From: a virus
Lineage: Duplodnaviria > Caudoviricetes
Direction: 5' to 3' (one strand)
Virus record (IMG/VR): IMGVR_UViG_3300036651_001467
Coordinates: 1 to 59,059 of that record
Length of the DNA stretch: 59,059 nucleotides
Position 1 is the stretch's first letter, and each line of letters starts with the position of its first letter. Shown here piece after piece: positions 1-8,829 of this stretch. Below the pieces are notes generated by a model, which searched no databases, had not been told where the DNA came from, and saw only the letters and a list, made by a program, of their open reading frames with translations. The position numbers and the translations under genes are program-made.

Positions 1-2
1 AG

Positions 3-128
3 ACCAACGGCATGGAGAACTACTGGAGCCTTGTGAAGCGCGGTTTGAACGGCACCTACGTTGCGGTCGAGCCGTTCCACCTGTTCCGCTACCTGGATGA
101 GCAGGCATTCCGCTACAACAATCGCAAG
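3..128. repeat. Terminal direct repeat, left copy (126 bp, identical to 58934-59059); circular assembly overlap
   Basis: Direct comparison: accaacggcatggagaac...aatcgcaag occurs at both ends. Position 2 (g) differs from 58933 (c). Confidence 0.97.
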
Positions 129-251
129 GCGGGTGATAGGAAGCTGACCGATTCCGAGCGGTTTGAACTCGGAATGAGCCAAGTATCCGGTAAGCGGCTC
201 ACGTTCGACACGCTTACGGGAAAGGGGGATAATCAGCGCGAGGTTTTTTGA
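3..251 (+). CDS. tnpA: IS1595/ISXO2-like DDE transposase, C-terminal part
   Basis: TNGMENYWSLVKRG...HLFRYLDEQAFRYN is the IS1595 catalytic-Glu region. It is in frame with the ORF starting at 58205. Confidence 0.93.
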   Translation, partial: TNGMENYWSLVKRGLNGTYVAVEPFHLFRYLDEQAFRYNNRKAGDRKLTDSERFELGMSQVSGKRLTFDTLTGKGDNQREVF

Positions 252-433
252 TCGGCCCCGGCAGGGACGCGGGAAGCGCGGCCACCTTTCGGCTTGGGTC
301 CGCGCCGCTTTGGATTCTGCGCAGAAGCGCGCTTGTGAGCCGCGTGCCGCTCGACCACTACCGAGCGTGGCACGGCAAATAGAGCTACCATTCCCTCGTT
401 GAAGGAAGCCGTGCACGCAGATTGGCGGTTCAT
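233..433 (-). CDS. Small basic protein convergent with and overlapping the transposase 3' end
   Basis: 66-aa ORF with a basic NPKRRGPKPK tail, inside the IS. Confidence 0.5.
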   Translation of the reverse strand: MNRQSACTASFNEGMVALFAVPRSVVVERHAAHKRASAQNPKRRGPKPKGGRASRVPAGADQKTSR

Positions 434-478
434 AGTTCAAATCTATCCCCCTATTGCTGAAAGCGCAAGCCAAGTCAT

Positions 479-1384
479 ATGCCAACCAATCAGAATCAAA
501 AACACCCCTCCCGGAACGGAGGCGATATTAAATGCCCTGGACTTCCAGAGTCCGGGAGAACACGCCAGGAAGAATCCACCAATTCCGAGAAAACATCCAA
601 GAAGAAGGAAGAAAAGTGGCCCCACCGAATACAAGCTGGCGCGGCGGCGGCCCTGGTGGTCATCACCTTCTTTTACACTTTCTACGCCGGTCAGCAGGCT
701 GGTGCGGCTATTAATGCCTCCAAAGCCGCCCAAGACGCTGCCAATGCCGCCAAAGACGCCAATACCAAAACCCAGTCCGCGATAGACCAAGGCGGGAGGG
801 AATTTGAGAATACTCTCGGGCAGATGAAATTGCAGACGGCGCAGCAGAAACGAACCGCCGACGCCGCTGGGCAGCAACTGAACGAGTTCAGGTCCTCTTC
901 TGAAACTGACCAGCGCGCCTGGGTCGGGATTGACGGCGTGGTCGTACCTGCTCAACTGATTAGCAGTCCGGGGGGCGAGGAGGGGACGAAATTTGGCTGG
1001 GTGATAAAAAACAGCGGCAAGACGCCGGCACTGGACATCCGTTATTGGATGGGAGGGAAAACCTTCCCCGCGACGCTCCAATACTTTCCAGGAATCGCAG
1101 GGCAAGTTATTCACGATGCCGGGGTATTGAGCCCAGGCCAAGCGCCCATTTTTCCATTCCACACTATCGCGCTCCCGCCAGAGTTTGCCTCGCTGGTTCT
1201 CAGTGGGCATGATATTTACTCCCTCCAGATTTGCCTCACCTATAAGGACATTTTTAGAGCGCCTCACTGGCTGACTGGATGTCTTCAATACAGCCCCTGG
1301 GACCAGGGCTACACAACCTGTCCCCAGCACAATGAGACAGATACCCAGGCGCGAAAGCCAATCCCTAAGTACTGCGCGCAATAA
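479..1384 (+). CDS. IS cargo: single-TM membrane-anchored hypothetical protein
   Basis: 301 aa. Hydrophobic helix (AGAAAALVVITFFYTFYA), Ala/Gln coiled coil, then a beta-rich domain. Ends just inside IRR. Confidence 0.75.
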   Translation: MPTNQNQKHPSRNGGDIKCPGLPESGRTRQEESTNSEKTSKKKEEKWPHRIQAGAAAALVVITFFYTFYAGQQAGAAINASKAAQDAANAAKDANTKTQSAIDQGGREFENTLGQMKLQTAQQKRTADAAGQQLNEFRSSSETDQRAWVGIDGVVVPAQLISSPGGEEGTKFGWVIKNSGKTPALDIRYWMGGKTFPATLQYFPGIAGQVIHDAGVLSPGQAPIFPFHTIALPPEFASLVLSGHDIYSLQICLTYKDIFRAPHWLTGCLQYSPWDQGYTTCPQHNETDTQARKPIPKYCAQ

Positions 1385-1433
1385 CGACCGCACGCTACCC
1401 CTTGGAGTGCAGTGCGTCAAGTAATTTATTACC

Positions 1434-1597
1434 ATCACAACGCCATCGCCGAACCGGAACATGTTGTCGTATTGGTAGTAACCAAGGGGACGTTCATCGT
1501 CCGTCCTTCGCTTGATCGGACGGCGGGCCTGCGTTTTCCGCCCGGCCAGAATCGCCCGCACCATGGGGCCATTAAAGAGGATGGGTCGGCTAGCCAT
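1434..1597 (-). pseudogene. ASCH-like phage protein, N-terminal fragment (split by the IS)
   Basis: MASRPILFNGPMVRAILAGRKTQARR is the typical N-terminus of this family. It joins in frame to 57698-58156 when the IS and one TSD are removed (...GDGVVM|DIACPFG...). Confidence 0.88.
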
Positions 1598-1952
1598 TGG
1601 CACGCACCTCCAGCTCCGTCCTCGGATTCGCCGCGTCACGGCTCTTTCGCATGAGCAGTTCCGTGATCTTGGCGTCGGAATCAATCACCTTTGCCCGCAC
1701 AATTGAATCCAAAAGACACTTCCAAAAATTGTCACAATCGCCACGCTGGCCCTTGGCAAGATAGACAGTCGCCGTGACCATGTACGAGTCCGCTCGCACT
1801 CGCTGGCCACGACAGTAAATCGCCACGGCCTCATCCCATGCCCTCGCCTCGGCTGTGCGGTAGTGCGTTCCGGCGCGAGTGTGGCGCACGTAGTTGTTGG
1901 CACTCGGTGGCACCAGCGGCACGGTGAAGCGGACTGCGGCGGCGGTGGTCAT
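1590..1952 (-). CDS. rusA: RusA-family Holliday junction resolvase
   Basis: PPSANNY and GDCDNFWKCLLDSI...IDSDAKI match the RusA DxDNxxKxxxD motif. Confidence 0.88.
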   Translation of the reverse strand: MTTAAAVRFTVPLVPPSANNYVRHTRAGTHYRTAEARAWDEAVAIYCRGQRVRADSYMVTATVYLAKGQRGDCDNFWKCLLDSIVRAKVIDSDAKITELLMRKSRDAANPRTELEVRANG

Positions 1953-2254
1953 TCGGGCTTAACCGCCCCGCAGAAAAGACACTCGGTCGTTTCGCCGTGA
2001 AAGTCGCCCCATGAGTGCTGGCATGCGATGGGCGGAGCCATCGTCGTCGCTCTCCCCTTCCGCGCCCTCACCGCATCGCCGATGGCCTTCCTTCCCTTAG
2101 GCGTCTGGCGAGCATCGAGAGCCTTGAGTGACGCCTGTAGCCGCGATATGTCGGCCTCCAGTTCGGGGACGGCCAGAGCAGCTTGCTTGGCTTCGGCAAG
2201 CTTCCCAGTCCGGTCCTTAATTTCCGCAGTGATTGCTTCGATTAGGTGTTGCAT
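1949..2254 (-). CDS. Hypothetical protein (coiled coil plus C-terminal Cys/His motif)
   Basis: RBS AGGAG; stop/start overlap with rusA. Confidence 0.7.
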   Translation of the reverse strand: MQHLIEAITAEIKDRTGKLAEAKQAALAVPELEADISRLQASLKALDARQTPKGRKAIGDAVRARKGRATTMAPPIACQHSWGDFHGETTECLFCGAVKPE

Positions 2255-2263
2255 GATTGGCTC

Positions 2264-3247
2264 CTAGAAATCGAGATGAATGCCCTTCGGTGCTGTGACC
2301 GTCTGGTTAATCGCCGCGATGGTTTCCGGTTCTTCGCCTATCTCACGCTGGCGGTCGTACTCGGCGGCGCTGGCGTGGAGCTGCGACCAGAACGATTCCC
2401 CGCCCAGCGCGGCCTGAATTGCCGATGGCGTCTTGGCCCATGCCGCCTCGACCGAGCGGACGCCCTGCTCGCAGACGGTCAGTAGGCGGTTGCGATACTT
2501 CTCGGCGTTCGGGTCAACCTGGCCACCGCCGTCTACCCATTGCCGGATCGCGTAGCCGGTGTCGGCGGTGATATACTTGTCGCCCGGGAAGTGGGGAAGC
2601 AGGTCGGCGGGAACCTTGGTGCGGGAATATGCTCGCCCTTCGTCGCCCAGCATCACGCTCAGCGTGGCCTCAAAGAGCAGGTTTTTTTCGGATACTGGCT
2701 GGAGTCCGAGCGGCGTTACCGCGCCGTTTGCGGCGATCTTCACCTTCTCGCGCGCCCTCACGCATAGAACAACGTGCATGGGGGACTGGAGCATGTAATT
2801 GACCATCCTGCGGTTTTCGCGCTTGGCAAGGTTCCAGCGTGGCATCCGAGGTTCTTTGCCATCGGCCCCAGGCGCGGTAGCTATGTCCTCGCAGCCGCCT
2901 ACGCCCTCCCAAGAGTGGGTAATCGAGTCCACAACAAGAACCTCGACGCCTACCTTCTCAAACTCCTTCATCGCATCTGTGTAGCGCGAAGGCGAGAATG
3001 GGGCGGCCAGGTCGCCAATAAGGAATCGCTCCTTAGTTGGCCTGGTGGCGTTCTCTAGGCACGCAAAATACAGGCTGCCCCTTCGATTCTCTGTGTCCAG
3101 CAGGCCGACCTTTCTTGCGTCGTATCCTGCGAGCCCGTAGGCGTACTGGAGCGCGGTGTATGTTTTCCCGCTCCCGGACACTCCGGCGAATGCGCTCACG
3201 GTTCTCGCGCCGGCGCGCCGCGCTTCGTGAATGTTAATTACCGACAT
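2264..3247 (-). CDS. Sak4-like / AAA_24 P-loop ATPase (recombination)
   Basis: Walker A GVSGSGKT, LDTENRR, Walker B VLVVDSITHSW. Lies next to the RecE-like nuclease. Confidence 0.85.
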   Translation of the reverse strand: MSVINIHEARRAGARTVSAFAGVSGSGKTYTALQYAYGLAGYDARKVGLLDTENRRGSLYFACLENATRPTKERFLIGDLAAPFSPSRYTDAMKEFEKVGVEVLVVDSITHSWEGVGGCEDIATAPGADGKEPRMPRWNLAKRENRRMVNYMLQSPMHVVLCVRAREKVKIAANGAVTPLGLQPVSEKNLLFEATLSVMLGDEGRAYSRTKVPADLLPHFPGDKYITADTGYAIRQWVDGGGQVDPNAEKYRNRLLTVCEQGVRSVEAAWAKTPSAIQAALGGESFWSQLHASAAEYDRQREIGEEPETIAAINQTVTAPKGIHLDF

Positions 3248-3792
3248 GCGTTTCCAACCCTCCCGTGATAGAAGTCAGTCGAATAGGCGCGGGCACATTG
3301 TCTGCACCGACGCCCATGCCGGTCTCTGTAGGTGTTTTCTTCGCTGAACGCGTGCCCACGCTTGCAGTGAGTTTTCCTGGCGTTTATGGCGCATACAGAC
3401 GCGGTGCGCATGATGTTCTCGCGCGGAGTGACCGCTTCCAAGTGCGCAGGGTTGATGCATTTCCGGTTCCGGCACAGATGGTCAATCTGAAACCCTTGCG
3501 GAATGTCTCCCACCAGAGCCTCGTACACCACGCGATGGCAAAGTGAGCGGCTCATGTTTCGGTCTAGGGACAACATGCCGTACCCCGTTGTGGTGCAAAG
3601 CATTTTTGTTAGCTCCCAGCAGCCCGTTTCTTCGCTTCGCTGAACGCATCGGAAGATGCGCACAAGCGGGTCGGCTACGGTATTGTGGCCAAGGGCGAAT
3701 CGTCGGTTGCTGCCTCCGTCCTTGCCGCGTCCACTGCTTCCCGCAGCCCTGCCGCATCCGCAAGCGCATAATTTTATGGTCGTTAGATTCAT
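3238..3792 (-). CDS. HNH homing endonuclease-like protein
   Basis: CACGCG, HRVVYE, IDHLCRNRKCINPAHL, KTHCKRGH. Confidence 0.88.
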   Translation of the reverse strand: MNLTTIKLCACGCGRAAGSSGRGKDGGSNRRFALGHNTVADPLVRIFRCVQRSEETGCWELTKMLCTTTGYGMLSLDRNMSRSLCHRVVYEALVGDIPQGFQIDHLCRNRKCINPAHLEAVTPRENIMRTASVCAINARKTHCKRGHAFSEENTYRDRHGRRCRQCARAYSTDFYHGRVGNACR

Positions 3793-3798
3793 TTCGAT

Positions 3799-4728
3799 TT
3801 ACCCTTTGTCCATCGCCCACGGAGGGCAGAAAAGCGGTTGCAGTTCATCGGGATAACCCGGCCACTCATCGGCGGCCAGGCACTTCGCGTAAATCTTCAA
3901 CAGTCGCCGGTACTCCACCCGTCCGGCTTCCAGCAGTTCATCGTCGGCGTAGAACCACGCGCAGGCGTGCGGCTCCTCCTTCTCGAAAGCTGCGAAAATG
4001 TAGTCGCGCTTCTCGCCGGTCGCAGCTCGCCAGCCATCCACGTACCAAGCTGCCGAGACGTGGTAGCCGAAGTCCCACGCGGAGTTTCGGAATTTCGTAT
4101 CGTCGGCGTTGGAGCAGCTTTTCAGGTCAATGAGAAATAGCTGCTTTGCTGGCACAGCGTCGGGCCGCATGCGGCAACGAACGCCGGTCGCCTTGTCCGT
4201 CCAGTAGGCCGACACCTCCGTTTGGTAGCCGTCGGAACTGAACAGGTGCCAGAGCTTCGATGAGCGCACCCGTTCGGCGATTCGCAGCGCGGTCTCCTGA
4301 TCGGCCACCGTGATCTCTTGCCGGTCGCCGAGCATCTCCATGAACTCGGCGTAAATCGCTTTGCCTTCCTTCGTTCGGCGGTCGCAGTCCGGGCGCACCA
4401 TGAAGTCGGTGGCGAATCGCTCCGGCTCCAGTACGGCGGCATGAATGGCCGTGCCGAGGCGCTGTGATGGCGTCGGTTCTGCCTGCTCACGGCCAGGTCG
4501 GCGATGCGCCCACCAATGGTGCAGCGGGCTTCTCGCCACGTCGCGGAGAGCGCCGCACCCAACGCTGTCAATGTCGGCGTGATATTCGGCGCCGGGACGG
4601 CCAGTGACCACTTCGGGCGGCACAATCACATGCGCGACTTTGGGAGTGGCGGCCACCGGCGCGTCAAACAGCATCGCCGCCGCATTGTCTACAATGTCTG
4701 CCTGAGAGATGTAAAGCGAATCGTTCAC
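3799..4728 (-). CDS. RecE/exonuclease VIII-like PD-(D/E)xK nuclease (DUF3799-like); probable GTG start at 4728
   Basis: GTAIHAAVLEP, DRRTKEGK, RCRMRPD...IDLKS, YHVSAAWY. Confidence 0.87.
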   Translation of the reverse strand: MNDSLYISQADIVDNAAAMLFDAPVAATPKVAHVIVPPEVVTGRPGAEYHADIDSVGCGALRDVARSPLHHWWAHRRPGREQAEPTPSQRLGTAIHAAVLEPERFATDFMVRPDCDRRTKEGKAIYAEFMEMLGDRQEITVADQETALRIAERVRSSKLWHLFSSDGYQTEVSAYWTDKATGVRCRMRPDAVPAKQLFLIDLKSCSNADDTKFRNSAWDFGYHVSAAWYVDGWRAATGEKRDYIFAAFEKEEPHACAWFYADDELLEAGRVEYRRLLKIYAKCLAADEWPGYPDELQPLFCPPWAMDKG

Positions 4729-5048
4729 TGGGTTATACCCGTTTGGGCGGCAAGGTTGGTTTGGGCCGCAACGGATGGTGCCGCGCATTGAGGACCGAGC
4801 CCGAGGAAGCGCAGCCAGACGCCTGCGCGCCGAGCGCAAACGCTGCACAGTGGATTGCGCGCCGTCGTGTCAGCATGGTCGGCGTACACGCGGTGCATCT
4901 CATTGGCCATCGCCCAAACGGCCTCCATGTCCAATTCGCAAGCGCCCCAATGACGCCTCCCGCAGAATCCGCACTGGCTAGCAAGGTGGTCGCCTGCGGC
5001 CTCGATCTCATCTACGGTCTGGCCGGTGGGGAAGGAGGGAGTGCTCAC
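4725..5048 (-). CDS. Hypothetical protein with Cys motifs
   Basis: Coupled stop/start overlaps within the leftward operon. Confidence 0.6.
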   Translation of the reverse strand: MSTPSFPTGQTVDEIEAAGDHLASQCGFCGRRHWGACELDMEAVWAMANEMHRVYADHADTTARNPLCSVCARRAGVWLRFLGLGPQCAAPSVAAQTNLAAQTGITQ

Positions 5049-5554
5049 AGCGTCACCTCCATCGGCCTCGGTGCCGAGATCATGGGATTGGGGAAGTCCA
5101 TAATCGCGGGTGCGGCCAACACCGGCTCAGGGAATGCGGTCGGATGGAGCGAGCCGATGGCAATTAGGATAGGCAGCACGACCACTGCTGTTTGGAGCAC
5201 CAATCGGGAATAGCCGGGGTGCTGCAAGAACCCGACCGCGATGCTGGCCCCGACACCGCATAGCAGCGCGGCTGAAAGCAGCATCTCCTGTGGGGAGCAT
5301 CCGGTGGTCACCCGCTCAAGGAACAGCAGGCCGTAGATCAGCCAGCCAGCGATGAATGCGGGTACAACCATCGTGGCGAAGTTGGCCCGGAATGCCTCTG
5401 ACCCGATGCCGATGACGGTTGCTAGGCAGTACGTCGAGCAGAACGCTCCATAGATTGTCGGCAGGTAGAGTCGTTCACGGAGCGCGACGAACGCCAGCGC
5501 AGCGTGCGCCGCGAGGCATAATCCGTCGCACAATAGAAAGAGCATTAACTTCAA
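5045..5554 (-). CDS. Multi-pass membrane protein
   Basis: About five hydrophobic segments; overlaps with neighbours. Confidence 0.65.
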   Translation of the reverse strand: MKLMLFLLCDGLCLAAHAALAFVALRERLYLPTIYGAFCSTYCLATVIGIGSEAFRANFATMVVPAFIAGWLIYGLLFLERVTTGCSPQEMLLSAALLCGVGASIAVGFLQHPGYSRLVLQTAVVVLPILIAIGSLHPTAFPEPVLAAPAIMDFPNPMISAPRPMEVTL

Positions 5555-5892
5555 GCGACACCTCGCCGAAAAAGGAGTGATTCGTATGCCGTGGTGGTGG
5601 TAGTCCGATAGCCAGAGGCGGCGCTCTGAACTGCTACGCCGCCCCCGTTTCCGCCACTGCCAGGCGACGGACTTTTTGCGGGACTGGTAGCCAGAGCTGG
5701 CCCAGCCCCGCGACGGTCAGCAGAAAAGTTCCCCCAGACTGCCGACCGAACTTGAACTTGATAGACGAGAGGTAGCGATGACCCGCAGTGGTGACACCGC
5801 TGACCGGGCAACGTCGTGAATTGGCCATCGCCCAGTAGAATTTGGGCGACGTGCTGACGACCGCACCAGTGGCAGGTGACTAGGGAGGTCAC
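5551..5892 (-). CDS. Hypothetical zinc-ribbon protein
   Basis: CHWC...CHHC; coupled to neighbours. Confidence 0.55.
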   Translation of the reverse strand: MTSLVTCHWCGRQHVAQILLGDGQFTTLPGQRCHHCGSSLPLVYQVQVRSAVWGNFSADRRGAGPALATSPAKSPSPGSGGNGGGVAVQSAASGYRTTTTTAYESLLFRRGVA

Positions 5893-6149
5893 TTCCCGCC
5901 TCCAGTTGCCGAGGCGATGGCGGCCTTCAGCATCGCATTCGTATCCTCGTTTGCCTTGGACATAGGCAAGCGCTCGAACGCTTTCTGGCAGGCCTCAAGA
6001 AGCTTAGGCGCGGCGCAGATCAACGTCTTGTTCGCCTGCACATCAAACGTGCCGCCATCCTGAGGAAGCGGACACTGGGCGATGATCCCGTTTGGGGAAA
6101 CGACCGACATCCCCTTGATTGACCACTCTGACTGTGTGTGTTTGTTCAT
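5889..6149 (-). CDS. Conserved small phage protein (KHT..W...ANxxLIxAAPxLLEA type)
   Basis: MNKHTQSEW...ANKTLICAAPKLLEAC. Confidence 0.75.
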   Translation of the reverse strand: MNKHTQSEWSIKGMSVVSPNGIIAQCPLPQDGGTFDVQANKTLICAAPKLLEACQKAFERLPMSKANEDTNAMLKAAIASATGGGK

Positions 6150-6288
6150 CGCACCCTCACCGGAACGCCATCACGGCGCACCCATCGTTGGCCATTCTGA
6201 AAAGTGGTGATTACGCCTTCCTCAAGGCTGTCGAGCACCGCTTGGGGCGGAAGGTCTGCGGATAGCGATGGCGGCGGGAGGGGCATCG

Positions 6289-6564
6289 TCATGCGGCACC
6301 GCCAGTTGACTTGCCAGCGTCTTTCCATCGCCACGGTGCCAGCCAGCCATGCGTGGCGAGCCCGGTAATCAGACAAAGAACCGGAAGACAAAGCGGCCAG
6401 AAGGCTGCCGTCAATAGGCCAATGACGACGGAGAAGCCAGCATCGCTGCGCGCCCGCTCGTCCGCAATGCTAGGGAACTCGCGCTGAAAATCAGCGAACG
6501 TCCAGCCAGCGGCGAGGAAAAACGAAATCAGCGCGCCGAGGATATAGATGACTGGCCAGGTCAT
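6289..6564 (-). CDS. Small two-TM membrane protein
   Basis: Two hydrophobic helices; ATGA coupling. Confidence 0.65.
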   Translation of the reverse strand: MTWPVIYILGALISFFLAAGWTFADFQREFPSIADERARSDAGFSVVIGLLTAAFWPLCLPVLCLITGLATHGWLAPWRWKDAGKSTGGAA

Positions 6565-6986
6565 GCCGCACCGCCTGCCACTGACGTACCTGGCTGCCTG
6601 TCCAACTCCAGCCAGCGAACGAGCTTGCCCAATAACCGAGCGTACGCAATCTCGCTCGCCGTGCTCTCGCCAACGTAACCGCCGACGTTCAGCACCAGGA
6701 TTTCATCGGCCAGATCAATTTTTCGTTTATGCAGTTCGTCGAGCGCCACCTTCTGCTCCGGCGTGCAGCCGACTCCCTCGCCATGGATTTCGCCGGCGCG
6801 GTGGCCGACAAAGCCGACGCTCAGCACAATGCGTCCGGCCATCGTCTCGCGGTAATTGGCATCTTGGAAGGCTTCATAAAACCGCGTAGAACCACAAAGG
6901 CACACGATCAACGGCCGCTCACCCTTGAAGTCCCGCACCAAGCCATGGTGTTCGGCGCAATCGTATCCGTAGTGCGGATAGCTCAC
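6561..6986 (-). CDS. Nucleoside 2-deoxyribosyltransferase-like (Rossmannoid) protein
   Basis: IVCLCGSTRF...LDELHKRKIDLADEILVLNVGGYVGESTASEIAYA. Confidence 0.7.
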   Translation of the reverse strand: MSYPHYGYDCAEHHGLVRDFKGERPLIVCLCGSTRFYEAFQDANYRETMAGRIVLSVGFVGHRAGEIHGEGVGCTPEQKVALDELHKRKIDLADEILVLNVGGYVGESTASEIAYARLLGKLVRWLELDRQPGTSVAGGAA

Positions 6987-7201
6987 AGCGCACCTCCCAG
7001 TCCACCGTGTAGACCCGGTAGACATTGACCGGAGCCAGTGAGCAAATCACGATTGCTCATGGCCCAACTCACAATCGCCTGCACGGCGCGACTCACGACC
7101 AGCCCGCTATCGGTCGGCAGGCTCAGCCGTGACGCGACGGATTCGAGGAACGATCTTTGGTCCTCGGTGATCCTCGCTGAAACTAGGGAGAGCTTTTTCA
7201 T
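6983..7201 (-). CDS. Putative ribbon-helix-helix DNA-binding protein
   Basis: LVSARITEDQRSFLESVA...VSRAVQAIVSW; RBS AAGGAGG. Confidence 0.55.
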   Translation of the reverse strand: MKKLSLVSARITEDQRSFLESVASRLSLPTDSGLVVSRAVQAIVSWAMSNRDLLTGSGQCLPGLHGGLGGAL

Positions 7202-7202
7202 G

Positions 7203-7580
7203 CTATCGGCCCTCCTTGGCGGCTTCCCGGCGCTCGACGGCATCAAGCAGGCCTTCCGCGATTTCCGCGCACGTATCGGGACCGACCGTTCCCGTCTCGT
7301 CACTTGGGTCGTCGGCCTCGGCACCGATCCGGAGCCACACAATCGCAGCCGCTTGGAGCAACGCGTGCCGCCGACGCTCGGCCTTCGCATCGTCGTACTG
7401 GCCGACCATCTGGAGGTAGTTGAGGGTGTTGGGTGCGGGCGCGGCGCTGGGCTCCGGCCGGGCGACAGCCTCGAAGCCCATGCAGCAGCAAAACCGATGG
7501 GTGCAGGTGCCAAGGTCGCCGAGCCGATTGCGGTGCCAGGGACCCCTGTGGCCGCATATGCAAAAGTCCGAGAGGATCAT
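7203..7580 (-). CDS. Hypothetical protein with N-terminal Cys/His cluster
   Basis: CICGH...H...C...CCC; coupled to the upstream gene. Confidence 0.6.
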   Translation of the reverse strand: MILSDFCICGHRGPWHRNRLGDLGTCTHRFCCCMGFEAVARPEPSAAPAPNTLNYLQMVGQYDDAKAERRRHALLQAAAIVWLRIGAEADDPSDETGTVGPDTCAEIAEGLLDAVERREAAKEGR

Positions 7581-7768
7581 GCTGCCGCCACTTCCTTCGT
7601 CCGCTGGAGCTTCTCGCGGATGGCGGCGCGTATCCAGGAGGCGATGGAAATGTCGAAGCCCTCCGCTTCGGCCTGTTGCTTGATAGCGCGGTATGTTTCC
7701 TGTTCGACGGTCAGGGTGACCGCGCGCTTGCTCCGCGTGAGTCGCTTGCGCTTTTGCTCATTGACCAT
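7577..7768 (-). CDS. Cro/Arc-like ribbon-helix-helix repressor (probably leaderless, ATG 7768)
   Basis: AVTLTVEQETYRAIKQQAEAEG..SIASWIRAAIREKL fits the RHH pattern. First gene of the leftward lytic operon. Confidence 0.72.
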   Translation of the reverse strand: MVNEQKRKRLTRSKRAVTLTVEQETYRAIKQQAEAEGFDISIASWIRAAIREKLQRTKEVAAA

Positions 7769-7774
7769 GGAGAG

Positions 7775-7850
7775 ACTGTAAATGCATAGATAATGCATTG
7801 TCAAGTAAAAAAGTGCAATATCTACAATAAAAATGCAACTTGCCTATTTT
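7775..7850. promoter_or_regulatory. Divergent genetic-switch region: leftward sigma70 promoter plus repeated AATGCA boxes
   Basis: Minus-strand TTGACA (7804-7799)-N18-TACAGT (7780-7775), 6 nt before ATG 7768. AT-rich, with four A(A/G)TGCA boxes. Confidence 0.7.
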
Positions 7851-7876
7851 CATGGGCTTGCGTAAGGTCAGCACAG

Positions 7877-8239
7877 GTGCCAAAGAAAAAGAACAAGCCA
7901 ATCAAGGTCCTGAATGCAAGACTTCACGCCGACGTTTATGCAGCCGCAGAGGCAGCGGCGGAGGAGCGCGGCCTCAGCCTCACGTCCCTGACGGAGCGCC
8001 TGCTCAGGAAGCATGTGAAGATGACTCTCGCCTCGACTCGGCCAGAGGAATCGTGGGCCCTCTTGGCATTGCGCGCAATCAAGGAGAAGCGGGGCGATGC
8101 CGCTTGGGCGAGCACGCTGCTCAGCATCGAGGCAAGCGCCAAAAAGGCAAATCATTCGATGGGACAGGAGATGCGGGATGACCTTGAAACTCTTAAAAAA
8201 GGCACGGAAAGTGTCGCCCGAACCGGAACAGATCGCTGA
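7877..8239 (+). CDS. Putative immunity repressor (RHH/HicB-like N-terminus)
   Basis: VLNARLHADVYAAAEAAAEERGLSLTSLTERLLRKH; divergent from the Cro-like gene. Confidence 0.68.
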   Translation: MPKKKNKPIKVLNARLHADVYAAAEAAAEERGLSLTSLTERLLRKHVKMTLASTRPEESWALLALRAIKEKRGDAAWASTLLSIEASAKKANHSMGQEMRDDLETLKKGTESVARTGTDR

Positions 8240-8372
8240 AATGTACGCTCGCCTCCGTGAGACATCGAACCGCCGCCACGTCATGCATGTGATAGAGGAT
8301 CACTTGGCAGAGGAGGCGCAGGATGCGGTGGACGGAGCGCGGAAGGGGCCGCAGGGGGAGAGTGGCAGATGA
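8178..8372 (+). CDS. Small hypothetical protein
   Basis: RBS AGGAG before ATG 8178; overlaps the repressor 3' end. Confidence 0.45.
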   Translation: MTLKLLKKARKVSPEPEQIAEMYARLRETSNRRHVMHVIEDHLAEEAQDAVDGARKGPQGESGR

Positions 8373-8829
8373 AGCGCCTCGCCCGCAACGCATGAGCGCG
8401 AGAACGCAGTACGAAAACAGGTCCGGCGAACCACTGATTGCGTGGGTTGTCGGCGCGGTGGCGCTCGGGTTTGCGTCCAGAGCGGTGGCGATGCCAGACT
8501 GGCTGATATTTGGCGTGGGGCCGGTGTTCATCGCAATCGGCTGGGCCGTGGCGCGCTGGGCCGACAATGAGTACGAAGTTGTTGAGCGCGCAGGTCGGCG
8601 CCTCGGGCTGATTCAGAGTGACGCACGCGCCCCTGCTCAGTATTGCGACAGCGCGGCCGCCACAGGCGTTCCATGCATAAAATGCGAGCGCGAATGGGAG
8701 TGCATGACGCTTCGGCAGCGACGCCGATGGAGAGCGTGGGCTTGCCACGCGACTGAACTTTTAAGTTCCGGCCCCACGGTCGGCCAACTTAAAAGGCTGC
8801 GCGACAAACTCAACGGGATGGGTTTGTGA
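8362..8829 (+). CDS. Two-TM membrane protein with Cys-rich C-terminus
   Basis: LIAWVVGAVALGF and WLIFGVGPVFIAIGWAV; CxxC downstream. Confidence 0.6.
   Translation: MADEAPRPQRMSARTQYENRSGEPLIAWVVGAVALGFASRAVAMPDWLIFGVGPVFIAIGWAVARWADNEYEVVERAGRRLGLIQSDARAPAQYCDSAAATGVPCIKCEREWECMTLRQRRRWRAWACHATELLSSGPTVGQLKRLRDKLNGMGL

Larger units (their letters stand above)
1..1433 (+). mobile_element. IS1595-family element with cargo, right part (continues from 58157 across the junction; about 2.2 kb in total)
   Basis: IRR 1395-1433 (reverse complement ggtaataaattacttgacgcactgcactccaaggggtag) matches IRL 58157-58195 (ggtaaaaatatacttgacacactggcccacaaggggtag). 8-bp TSD ATCACAAC at 1434-1441 and 58149-58156. 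Confidence 0.93.

Noticed and set aside
3-128. Terminal repeat as a biological DTR of the virion DNA
   Set aside because: Its length is close to an assembler k-mer and it lies mid-transposase; it is an assembly overlap.
443-1684. 413-aa and 437-aa (57698-59011) minus-strand ORFs that read from the ASCH-like halves through the IS. The second frame stays open across the junction to 527, so one -1 frameshift could bridge the whole IS.
   Set aside because: Both are codon-register shadows of GC-rich sense genes, where TTA/CTA/TCA are rare. There is no canonical slippery heptamer in 446-527, and the product would contain about 740 aa of antisense sequence.
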